Origin: Mustelus asterias
Taxonomy: Eukaryota
Assembly (NCBI RefSeq): GCF_964213995.1
Contig: NC_135823.1
Coordinates: forward strand, 18,724,001-18,788,000
Length of the DNA stretch: 64,000 bases
Direction: 5' to 3'
This document shows, one piece after another, positions 12,190 to 22,009 of this stretch. The stretch's first letter is position 1; every line of letters begins with the position of its first letter. The notes beneath the pieces are model-generated. The model had not been told where the DNA came from. It was given only the letters and a program-made list of their open reading frames with translations, and did no database searches. Position numbers and translations under genes: made by a program.

Positions 12190-12345
12190 ATTTGATTTGA
12201 TTTATCATTGTCACACGTGTTGATATACAGTGAAAAGCATTGTTTCTTGTGTGCTACACAGACAAGAGCAGGAAAGGAGAGAGTGCAGAATGTAGTGTTA
12301 CAGTCATAGCTAGGGTGTAGAGAAAGATCAGCTTAATATAAGATA
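12190..12345 (-). mobile_element. Rex1/Babar LINE 3'UTR fragment
   Basis: (TCAAA)n tail and 3'UTR homologous to 18748-18930. Confidence 0.7.
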
Positions 12346-12490
12346 GGCAATGCAAACCTTCAAATCGGATACGCTGCAATGGAAACATTCCTAACACACA
12401 AAAAGTCGCAGCATCAAAGAATCGAGTTCCATGAATTTATATATGTTGAAACTAAAACAAATTGAAAAAGGAGGGGATTTAATAAAGCTG

Positions 12491-12560
12491 AAGTTTATAA
12501 AGTTTATTTATTAGTCACAAGTAAGGCTTACATTAACACTGCAATGAAGTTACTGTGAAA
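12491..12560 (-). mobile_element. Tail-only copy of the alternative-tail V-SINE or its partner LINE
   Basis: aagtttatttattagtcacaagtaaggcttacattaacactgcaatgaagttactgtgaaa. Confidence 0.8.
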
Positions 12561-13375
12561 ATAAATAAAACCGAGTCTGGGTCCCTTGATTATTGAAGTG
12601 TGAATGTAAATGTACTTTGGAAATGCTTGTTGCCTTTGTCAGGCCCAGCTCCACCAGACTGATGGAGCAAACCACACGCTCCAAATTTTTTTTTTGTGTT
12701 ACAGAAGATCAGGTGAGAGAACCTGGCCATGATTCTGGAGAGAATCGCACCGGTTTTCAGTCAGAACCTGACAGCTTGTCATTTTTCAGAAAATTCCACC
12801 CAGTAATAGTAAAGGAATTCATGCTGAATTTCATAAGTGTGGTGCAAAAGGAAAAGGGAGATTAAAAGAGCTATAAACAAAGGCGGAATTTTTTGTTAAA
12901 GTATATTAAAGTAACAGTCGATTCATTCAGGAACAGAGAGGAATTCTGTTTGTGAAGGACAGTAGAGTGAAAATGTTAAACTAATGTGTTGCGTTAGGTA
13001 TTACAAATGATGATGAAGTGTGAATGTAAATGTACTTTAGAAATGGAATTTATTATAAAAAAATAACGACTCATGGGCCTTGACCAGCACCCGAGACAGT
13101 TATTCCAAACCAGGGTGCAGCTAGCTTTACTCTCAGTTCCACCTCTCTCCTTCTGCCTTTTAAAGACATCTTAAACCTATGTAATTGATCAAACTTTTGA
13201 TTACACATCCGAACTACCCCAAAATGGTTCAGTGTCCATTAATTTTTCCTTCATTTTTCTCTGTGTAGCAAGCCCAAGTTTCTCAGTATTTCTTGGTTTC
13301 TCAATGTGATGCATCATCTACCATGATGCGGGTACTGCAAGTGGAGTAGCGGCTGATACGGTTTGTAGGTCAACC

Positions 13376-16174
13376 AACTTCGATGTTGTGGCTATTTCAG
13401 AGACATGGATAGAGCAGGGGCAGGAATGGATGCTGCAGGTCCCGGGGTTCAAATGTTTTAGTCGAAGTAGGGAAGGAGGTAGAAGAGGGGGAGGGGTAGC
13501 ATTATTGGTCAGAGATTGTATCACAGTGTCAGAGAGGAGGTTTGATGAGGACTTATCTGTTGAGGTAGTATGGGCGGAGATTAGAAATAGGAGAGGAGAG
13601 GTCACCCTGTTGGGAGTCTTTTATAGACCTCCTAAAAGTTCTAGAGAGGTTGATGAGGAAAGGATTGCGGAGTCAATCCTGCTTAGGAGTGAAAGTAATA
13701 GGGCAATTGTTATGGGGGATTTTAACTTGACTAATATTGACTGGAATTGTTATAGCTCTAGCTCGTTAGAGGGGTCAGTTTTTGTTCAAAGCGTGCAGGA
13801 AGGTTTTTTGACTCAGTATGTAGACAGGCCAACTAGAGGTGAGGCTATATTGGATCTGGTGCTGGGAAATGAGCCAGACCAGGTGCTAGACTTGGAAGTT
13901 GGTGTGCATTTTGGTGATAGTGACCACAATTCGGTTACGTTCGCCTTAGTGATGGAAAGGGATAGGCATGAACCTCGGGCCAGTGGTTTTAGCTGGGGGA
14001 AGGGTAATTATGAGGCTATTAGGAGAGAATTAGGAAACATAGGTTGGACTAGGAGATTACAGGGACTGGGAACGTCCGACATGTGGAGTTTTTTCAAGGA
14101 GCAGCTACTGCGAGTCTGTGATAGGTATGTCCCTGTCAGGCAAGGAGGAATTGGTAGGGCTAGGGAACCGTGGTGCACCAAAAAAGTTTCTTTGTTGGTT
14201 AAAAAGAAAAAGGAGGCTTATGTTCGGATGAGACGTGAGCACTCGGGTAGTGCACTAGAAAGCTTTAGATTGGCTAAGAGGGAGTTGAAGAGCGAGCTTA
14301 GAAGGGCTAAAAGGGGACATGAGAAGACTTTGGCGGATAGGGTTAAAGAGAATCCTAAGGCGTTCTATAGGTATGTCAAGAACAGAAGGTTGGTTAGGGC
14401 AAGTTTAGGGCCAGTTATAAATGGCAGAGGGAAGTTATGTGTGGAACCGGAGGAGATTGGTGAAGCATTGAACCAATATTTCTCTTCGGTGTTCACGCAA
14501 GGGGACATGAATATAGCTGAGGAGGACACTGGGTTGCAAGGGAGTAGAATAGACAGTATTACAGTTGATAAGGAGGATGTGCAGGATATTCTGGAGGGTC
14601 TGAAAATAGATAAATCCCCTGGTCCGGATGGGATTTATCCAAGGATTCTCTGGGAGGCAAGAGAAGTGATTGCAGAGCCTCTGGCTCTGATCTTCAGGTC
14701 GTCGTTGGCCTCTGGTATAGTACCAGAAGATTGGAGGTTAGCGAATGTTGTCCCATTGTTTAAGAAGGGGAACAGAGACTTCCCCGGGAATTATAGACCG
14801 GTGAGTCTCACTTCTGTTGTCGGCAAGATGTTGGAAAAAATTATAAGGGATAGGATTTATAGTTATTTGGAGAGTAATGAATTGATAGGTGATAGTCAGC
14901 ATGGTTTTGTGGCAGGTAGGTCGTGCCTTACTAACCTTATTGAGTTTTTTGAGAAAGTGACCAAGGAGGTGGATGGGGGCAAGGCAGTGGACGTGGTATA
15001 TATGGATTTTAGTAAGGCGTTTGATAAGGTTCACCATGGTAGGCTTCTGCAGAAAATGCAGATGTATGGGATTGGGGGTGATCTAGGAAATTGGATCAGG
15101 AATTGGCTAGCGGATAGGAAACAGAGGGTGGTGGTTGATAGTAAATATTCATCATGGAGTGCGGTTACAAGTGGTGTACCTCAGGGATCTGTTTTGGGGC
15201 CACTGCTGTTTGTAATATTTATTAATGATCTGGATGAGGGTATAGTTGGGTGGATTAGCAAATTTGCTGATGACACCAAAGTCGGTGGTGTGGTAGACAG
15301 TGAGGAAGGGTGTCGTAGTTTGCAGGAAGACTTAGACAGGTTGCAAAGTTGGGCCGAGAGGTGGCGGATGGAGTTTAATGCGGAGAAGTGTGAGGTAATT
15401 CACTTTGGTAGGAATAACAGATGTGTTGAGTATAGGGCTAACGGGAGGACTTTGAATAGTGTGGAGGAGCAGAGGGATCTAGGTGTATGTGTGCATAGAT
15501 CCCTGAAAGTTGGGAATCAAGTAGATAAGGTTGTTAAGAAGGCATATGGTGTCTTGGCGTTTATTGGTAGGGGGATTGAATTTAGGAGTCGTAGCGTTAT
15601 GTTGCAACTGTACACAACTCTGGTGCGGCCGCACTTGGAGTACTGTGTGCAGTTCTGGTCCCCACATTACAGGAAGGATGTGGAGGCTTTGGAGAGGGTG
15701 CAGAGGAGGTTTACCAGGATGTTGCCTGGTATGGAGGGGAGATCCTATGAGGAGAGGCTGAGGGATTTGGGATTGTTTTCGCTGGAAAGGCGGCGGCTAA
15801 GAGGGGATCTTATTGAAACATATAAGATGATTAGAGGTTTAGATAGGGTGGATAGTGATAGCCTTTTTCCTCTGATGGAGAAATCCAGCACGAGGGGGCA
15901 TGGCTTTAAATTGAGGGGGGGTAGTTATAGAACCGATGTCAGGGGTAGGTTCTTTACCCAGAGGGTGGTGAGGGATTGGAATGCCCTGCCAGCATCAGTA
16001 GTAAATGCGCCTAGTTTGGGGGCGTTTAAGAGATCCGTAGATAGGTTCATGGACGAAAAGAAATTGGTTTAGGTTGGAGGGTCACAGTTTTTTTTTTTAA
16101 CTGGTCGGTGCAACATCGTGGGCCGAAGGGCCTGTTCTGCGCTGTAATGTTCTATGTTCTATGTTCTATGTTCT
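13376..16174 (+). mobile_element. Young 5'-truncated CR1 (HER1-like) LINE
   Basis: Starts inside the APE domain (NFDVVAISETW); 3'UTR with ggccgaagggcc hairpin and (TTCTATG)n tail ending at about 16174. Confidence 0.96.
13388..16072 (+). CDS. CR1 ORF2 (APE endonuclease + reverse transcriptase), uninterrupted but N-terminally truncated
   Basis: 894-aa frame with ISETW, YRPP, MGDFN, SDHN, KSPGPDG, NYRPVSLTS, DFSKAFD, GVPQGSVLGP, FADD and the CR1 C-terminus. No native ATG. Confidence 0.9.
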   Translation: MAISETWIEQGQEWMLQVPGFKCFSRSREGGRRGGGVALLVRDCITVSERRFDEDLSVEVVWAEIRNRRGEVTLLGVFYRPPKSSREVDEERIAESILLRSESNRAIVMGDFNLTNIDWNCYSSSSLEGSVFVQSVQEGFLTQYVDRPTRGEAILDLVLGNEPDQVLDLEVGVHFGDSDHNSVTFALVMERDRHEPRASGFSWGKGNYEAIRRELGNIGWTRRLQGLGTSDMWSFFKEQLLRVCDRYVPVRQGGIGRAREPWCTKKVSLLVKKKKEAYVRMRREHSGSALESFRLAKRELKSELRRAKRGHEKTLADRVKENPKAFYRYVKNRRLVRASLGPVINGRGKLCVEPEEIGEALNQYFSSVFTQGDMNIAEEDTGLQGSRIDSITVDKEDVQDILEGLKIDKSPGPDGIYPRILWEAREVIAEPLALIFRSSLASGIVPEDWRLANVVPLFKKGNRDFPGNYRPVSLTSVVGKMLEKIIRDRIYSYLESNELIGDSQHGFVAGRSCLTNLIEFFEKVTKEVDGGKAVDVVYMDFSKAFDKVHHGRLLQKMQMYGIGGDLGNWIRNWLADRKQRVVVDSKYSSWSAVTSGVPQGSVLGPLLFVIFINDLDEGIVGWISKFADDTKVGGVVDSEEGCRSLQEDLDRLQSWAERWRMEFNAEKCEVIHFGRNNRCVEYRANGRTLNSVEEQRDLGVCVHRSLKVGNQVDKVVKKAYGVLAFIGRGIEFRSRSVMLQLYTTLVRPHLEYCVQFWSPHYRKDVEALERVQRRFTRMLPGMEGRSYEERLRDLGLFSLERRRLRGDLIETYKMIRGLDRVDSDSLFPLMEKSSTRGHGFKLRGGSYRTDVRGRFFTQRVVRDWNALPASVVNAPSLGAFKRSVDRFMDEKKLV

Positions 16175-16951
16175 AGGGGGCTAATTGTTGTAAGATTCTT
16201 CAGGTTGGCAACCGGTTAGCTGCTCAACACCCTTACTAAGCTCCCACCAGATACTTTTTTCTTAGTCCTAATGCATGAATCCATTTTCATAAGATAGCCC
16301 TTTCAACTGTGAACCCAAGCATGATCATAAGCACAAAGTAATTTGTAGAACACAGAATGAACAGCAATCCCTTTGGCTAATGAGGTATTAACGAGACATC
16401 ACATTGCATTCCAGAAACACTCCTGATCTCTCTAAAGTCAGCAGAAAATGGCACACACAGGCAGTAGATTTGGGTTGAAAATCCTTTATTTTTAGAGAGA
16501 AATTGAAATAGGTACACAAAATGGATTTATTAGCTGACCGTGCACTGTCATATAATCAGTGATCTCCCAGTAATATTCAAACTGTTTTAAAATAATATGT
16601 GAAAACCATTAGTTTGCATAATCTTGGTGCATATATCTGTGAAGTAAAGCTTTTGTTCGAGAGAGGCAACATCAGATCTGTCTCTTTCCTTGCAGCTGCA
16701 CAATGATACAGCAAAAAAGGCACTAATGAACAAGGACTCGACCTTTGCAAATCTTCAGGTTTTTTTGAACAGGGTGCCACAAAAGATAAAAGGTTGCTTT
16801 CAAAATAATTCAAACCTGTCAATCAGAAACTCCCAAGGCTTTAAAGCAACAAACTAAGAATAAATATGAGTAATATTGAGTGATTTTATCACCAAGGTGC
16901 ACCAGCTAATCGTTATCGAGTGATCCAAATAGCTCGATGCTGAATTGTTTT

Positions 16952-17140
16952 CATAGAATCCCTACAGTGTAGAACAAGCCATTCGGCCCATCGAGTCTGC
17001 ACCGACTCTCCGAAAGGGAATCTTACAGTATCTCCGTAACTCCATGCATTTACCCCACTAATCCCCTAACCTATACATTTTGGGACACTAAGGGGCAATT
17101 TAGTGTGACTAATCCACCTAACCTGCACATCTTTGGACTT
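16952..17140 (-). mobile_element. 5'-truncated HE1 SINE
   Basis: catagaatccctacagtg...acctgcacatctttggact. Confidence 0.85.
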
Positions 17141-17740
17141 TTCATCTGCTTTAATCTTGAATTTCCAACATAGGCACAACGGGTACCTGACTAGCTTTAA
17201 TGAACAGAATAACTTCTAATGGTAGAGTGCAAATATTCCCAAACTGGGAGGTCATAATGATATCAGAGAGGCCATGGGTGGAGATGATGGAGGAGAGGGC
17301 CGAAAGGATAGTGCTAGCAGTAATACGCTAACTGGCAATGTTTGCAATACATTTTTCTCCATGGTGGCACTGTAGCACTCTCCTCAGTTCTCTCAGGTTG
17401 ATTCCAAGATCTTTTCTCTCCAACATTCAGGTAACTCCTGTCGAAGATTCCAGTTTACAAGTATTATCAGTACTCCTCAAGTATTTGGAGATTGTACCTC
17501 TCTGCAGTATATATATCTTTTTTAAAGTGCTCATGCCCCAAGGTCCCAATGCCATAGAGAAATAGACAAAGGTCAGCAAAAAAAAACTCTTCCCCCACCC
17601 CCCTCCACTTCATAACTCTGCTTCAAAAATTTGTTAACAAGTTCTTTACTTAAAGTTCTACTCTTAAATGTCCACATTTTTTGTTGTAAGGTCTTCATGA
17701 GTCCTTGGGTCCCCATGATATTTAGAAGGAACAAATAAAC

Positions 17741-17822
17741 AAAGTTTTTAAAGTTTATTTATTAGTCACAAGTAAGGCTTACGTTAATACTGCAATGAAG
17801 TTACTGTGAATTTCCTCTAGTG
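17741..17822 (-). mobile_element. Tail-only copy of the alternative-tail element
   Basis: aaagtttatttattagtcacaagtaaggcttacgttaatactgcaatgaagttactgtgaa. Confidence 0.8.
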
Positions 17823-17909
17823 AGTTAACCAATGAGTTGGAGCTGGGATGGGACATCCGGCAGGTTTTGCAGCAGAGCCTGTTTTACTGCTATCCGGTTA
17901 CGCATTCTT

Positions 17910-18740
17910 CACTGGTTGGAGTCAAACCTAACACAAAGGAAAATGGTTGTGGTTGTTGGAGGTCAATCATCTCAGCCTCAGGACATCACTGTCGGAGTTC
18001 CTTAGGGTAGTATGCTAGGCCCAACCATTATTCCCTCCATCATAAGGTCAGAGTTGGGGATGTTGGCTGATTTATTACACAATCTTCAGTACCATTCCTC
18101 AGCTACCAAAGCATTCTGTGCTCATATGCAACAAGATCTGAGCGTTCAGGCTTGGGCTGATAAGTGACAGGTAACATTCGGGCCACACAAATGCCAAGTA
18201 ATGGCCTTCTACAACAAGAGAGACTCGGAACATCTTTCCTTGGAATTCAATCGCTTCACCATCACTGAAATCCCCCATCATTAAAATCCTGGAGATTACT
18301 ATTGACCAGAAACTTAACTAGACAAATCATATAAATACTATGGCTACAAGAGCGCATCAGAGATGGTAATTCTGTAGCGAGTAATTCACCTCCAGACTCC
18401 CCAAACCCTATCCACCATCTACAAAACACAAGCCAGGAATATAATGGAATAGTTTCCACTTGCCTGGATGATTGCAGCTCCAATAACACTCGAGAAGTTC
18501 AATACCGTCCAGATGGATTGGCACCCTATCCCTTCACTTCCTCCACCATCAACAGGGACAGCAGTGTGGACCATAGACAGGTTGCACTGCAGCAACTCAC
18601 CAAGACTCCTGTTACCTTCCAAACCCACCACCTCTACCACTTCGAAAACAATGGCAACCAATGCATGGGGACACCACCACCTGCAAATTCCCTTTGAAAT
18701 CACACACAACCTAATTTTGAATTTTATTGTCATTCCTTTA
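17910..18740 (+). mobile_element. Decayed L2/Crack-like LINE, RT and 3' part
   Basis: GVP*GSMLGPT and LADY remnants; same family as 7150-9755 and 29190-29870. Confidence 0.75.
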
Positions 18741-18747
18741 CTTTTGC

Positions 18748-19150
18748 TGATTTGATTTGATCTGATTTATTATTGTCATGTGTATTGGGATACAGTGAAA
18801 AGTATTGTTTCTTGCGTGCTATAGACAAAGCATACCGTTCATAGAGTATACAGGGGAGAATGGAAGGAGAGGGTGCAGAATATAGTGTCGCAGTTACAGA
18901 TAGGGTGTAGAGAAAGATCGGCTTAATATAAGGTAGATCCATTCAAAATTCTGATGGCAGGAGGGAAGAAGCTATTTTTGAGTCGGTTGGTACTTGACCT
19001 CAGACTTTTGTATCTTTTTCCTGACGGAAGAAGATGGAAGGGAGTATATCCGGGGTGCGTGGGGTCCCTGATTATGCTGGCTGCTTTTCCAAGGCAGCGG
19101 GAAGCTTAGATGGAATCAATGGATGGGGGGCTGGTTTGCATGATGGGTTG
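18748..19150 (-). mobile_element. Rex1/Babar LINE 3' end
   Basis: Minus-strand HPGYTPFHLLPSGKRYKSLRSSTNRLKNSFFPPAIRILN is the Rex1-type ORF C-terminus; (TCAAA)n tail. Confidence 0.85.
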
Positions 19151-19749
19151 GTTGGTTTGTGTTCAACACTACTGAAAAATACACGGCATTTTCTTTTGAA
19201 ATGAGAAGTTCCACTTAGACCAAGTTGCGCATACCATAGCTATTCCCACGGTAATTGTTCGTAATCGTAGACCATGTGTACTCATTTCTGGGAGCACATC
19301 TACAAATGTTCCTCACTGATGTACAGATTCTTCTGATCATAATTTTTGTCCTTCACTGGTACCTTTCAGTAACTTCAATGTCAGAAAAGAAAACAGCAGG
19401 AAACAACTGGGGCTCTTTCTCCTCTTGTCCACTTTTTGTTCTTTGTGAAATGTTGATGATTTGTAATTTAAATAAATACCAGCAGATCTCCCATTGCTTT
19501 TACTCGCTGTCAGTCAGACAGTAGCTCTTTAATAACAGCAGGGCATTAAGAACAATGTGCAGGAATGTAGAATTGGATGCTGTGTGCATAATTTTAATGT
19601 GTTGTAAATAAAATTGTAAACCTTACATTTTCTTACCGTATTTCTGTGCAGATTTTGAAGTGTTTTTCGTACCTACAATGTCTGGCATTCTCAGTAATGA
19701 GCATTTTGCACTCTATGGTTTTATGGTATGGGCTTTCCCCATGTCCATA

Positions 19750-20220
19750 GCATAAAACCATAGAAAGGTTACGGTGCAGAAAGAGGCCATTCAACTCACT
19801 GGCCGGAATTTTCCCATCTCGCCCGCTATGGGAATCACAGTACACGGACCCTGCAAAGGTCCTTTGACTTCCGGCTTTGGGATGAGCGAAGCCGGAAAAT
19901 CCCGCCCATCGTGTCTGTGCCGGCCAAAAAGCAGAAGAATCTAGCCGCTCATTTTAATCCCATTTTCCAGCACCTGGTCAGTATCCTTGCAGGTTCCAGC
20001 ATTTTAGATACAGATTCCAATGAGTTGAGCATTTCAGCCTCAACCACCAACTTATGCAGTGAATTCCTCAGACCACCCTCAGGGTGAAAAGGTTTTTCCT
20101 CATATCCCCTCTAATCCTTCTCCCGATCTCCTTAAATCTACACCCCTTGGTAACTGACCCTCAGCTAGGGGAAACCTAAGTCTTTACTGTCTACTCGGTC
20201 TAGGTCCCTCATAATTTAAT
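19750..20220 (-). mobile_element. CR1 3' end with a nested short MITE (about 19801-19907)
   Basis: catagaaaggttacggtgcagaaagaggccatt tail end and CR1 ORF2 C-terminal remnant; MITE bounded by ggccggaattttcc...ggaaaatcccgccc. Confidence 0.7.
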
Positions 20221-20375
20221 ACATAAATGTCCACCACCCAGCGATGTCCACATCACATGAACAAATAGAAAAAAAACTTTAAAAAACAAAAGATACTGAA
20301 AATCAAATGCAGAAAGAAGGTACAGATCAGAAGTAAAAGGAGTTGCCTGAAGGACATGCTAACATAACATATAAT

Positions 20376-20583
20376 GGATAAGATTCTCCGGCCTCCCAGC
20401 CGCGTGTTTCCTGCCAGTGGGAGATGACTGTTGTTTGCTAGCGGCGGGATTCTCTGGTCCCCCGACTGTCAATGGGAATTCCCGTTGACATCAGCCCATG
20501 CCGGCGGGAAACTTACGGGTAGGGGTTCACTGCCGATGGGACCGGAGAATCCCGGCGATGTGAATGACCGGAGAATTCCAGCC
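20376..20583. mobile_element. PIF/Harbinger-type MITE
   Basis: TIRs gg..agattctccgg / ccggagaattccagcc, 3-bp TSD AAT (20373-20375, 20584-20586); relative at 43164-43301. Confidence 0.75.
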
Positions 20584-21264
20584 AATTCAACCCAGAATCA
20601 AACAGGAGGAAGTTTGCAGTTCAGAACAGTGTTGGCATTGTATCCGCAAAATATGTAGATGGTTGGCACGTGATCATTGGAAGTAATTTGCAATTAAGAA
20701 GGGGTAATTTTTCGTTAATCTATTTAAAAGAGTGAATCGTGAGTTAGAGGTTGTGAAGGAATGTGAGCATTAACTCAGAAATGTAATTATTACAGGTGAG
20801 ATTTAATGAAGCTCTTTCATTTAATTTCTTTTGAAAGCCTGACATTTGCTTCTCCCAGTAAAATTGTTTTCTTTGTGCAACCTCACTCTATGGATGGCAA
20901 TGCAAGTATATATTTATAAGTATACTGAAATGTTACTTCACATGCAAGATGTTATAACAACCCTGTGAGCAGTGGAAGTACGCTTGCATATTCATTCCAT
21001 AGAGCACAAAACATAATTATAGATTGCAATCACAAGGAGGGTCCACATATCCATCTGGTAGATAATTCACGGAATTGTGTCATTCACATGATATTTGAGA
21101 GACTGATGTAAATGGTAATGTGCATCAGACTTGATGTTTCAAAGCCACAGGCAGTAGAAAACTCAAGGGATGAACTTTAGTAAAACTTTCTTACTGAATC
21201 CACTGAATTTTGCTCTTAATTTTTTTACATGTTTCTGCTGCCAGTTTTCTCCCCTCTTGAAGTT

Positions 21265-21915
21265 TTCCTTTTTTTTTTCAATTCATTTGTGGGACATGGG
21301 TGTTGCTGGCTGGCCAGCATTTATTGCCCATCCCTAGTTGCCCTTGAAAAAATGGTGGTGAGCTGCCTTCTTGAAATTTAGAGGTCCACATGCTGTGGGT
21401 TGACCCACAGTGCCGTTATGGAGGGAATTCCAGGATTTTGACCCAGAGAGTGCGAAGGAATGGCGATATATTTCCAACTCAGGATGGCGAGTGGCTTGGA
21501 GGGGAACTTGCAGGCGATGGTGTTCCCATGTATCTGTTGCCCTTCGGCTTCGAGATGGAAGTGACCATGAGTTTGGAAGGTGTTATCTAAGGATCTTTGG
21601 TGAATTTCTGTAGTGCACATTGTACTGTTTTTTGTGTACAGGACATACCTGGGCAATTTTCCTCATTGTTGGGTAGATGCCAGTGTTGTAACTGTGCTGG
21701 AAGAGGTTGGCTAGGGGAGTGGCAAGTTCTGGAGCACACGTCTTCATTGTTGGAATGTTGTCGGGGCTTTGCAGTATCCATTGCCTCCAACCATTTCTTG
21801 ATATCGCATGGAGTGAATCAAATTGGCTGGAGACTGGCATCTGAGATGCTGGGGATCACTGGAGGAGGCCGAAATGGATCATCCAGTTGGCACTTCTGGC
21901 TGAAAATTTCTGCGA
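21265..21915 (-). mobile_element. L2/Crack-like LINE 3' end joined to an internal RT fragment
   Basis: Poly-A end with gggatgggcaataaatgctggcc 3'UTR; peptide PDNIPTMKTCAPELATPLANLFQHSYNTGIYP..KIAQVCPVHKK. Confidence 0.8.
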
Positions 21916-22009
21916 ATGTTAGACTGCATCACATGGGTTCAGGCTGCTGTTAAATATCTCACACTCAAATGCATATTATTTGAATGTGAAGTTTAACCGC
22001 GAGTTGCAG

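Noticed and set aside
13318-15761. Overlapping and antisense ORFs within the CR1
   Set aside because: Shadow frames of ORF2 with no independent signals.
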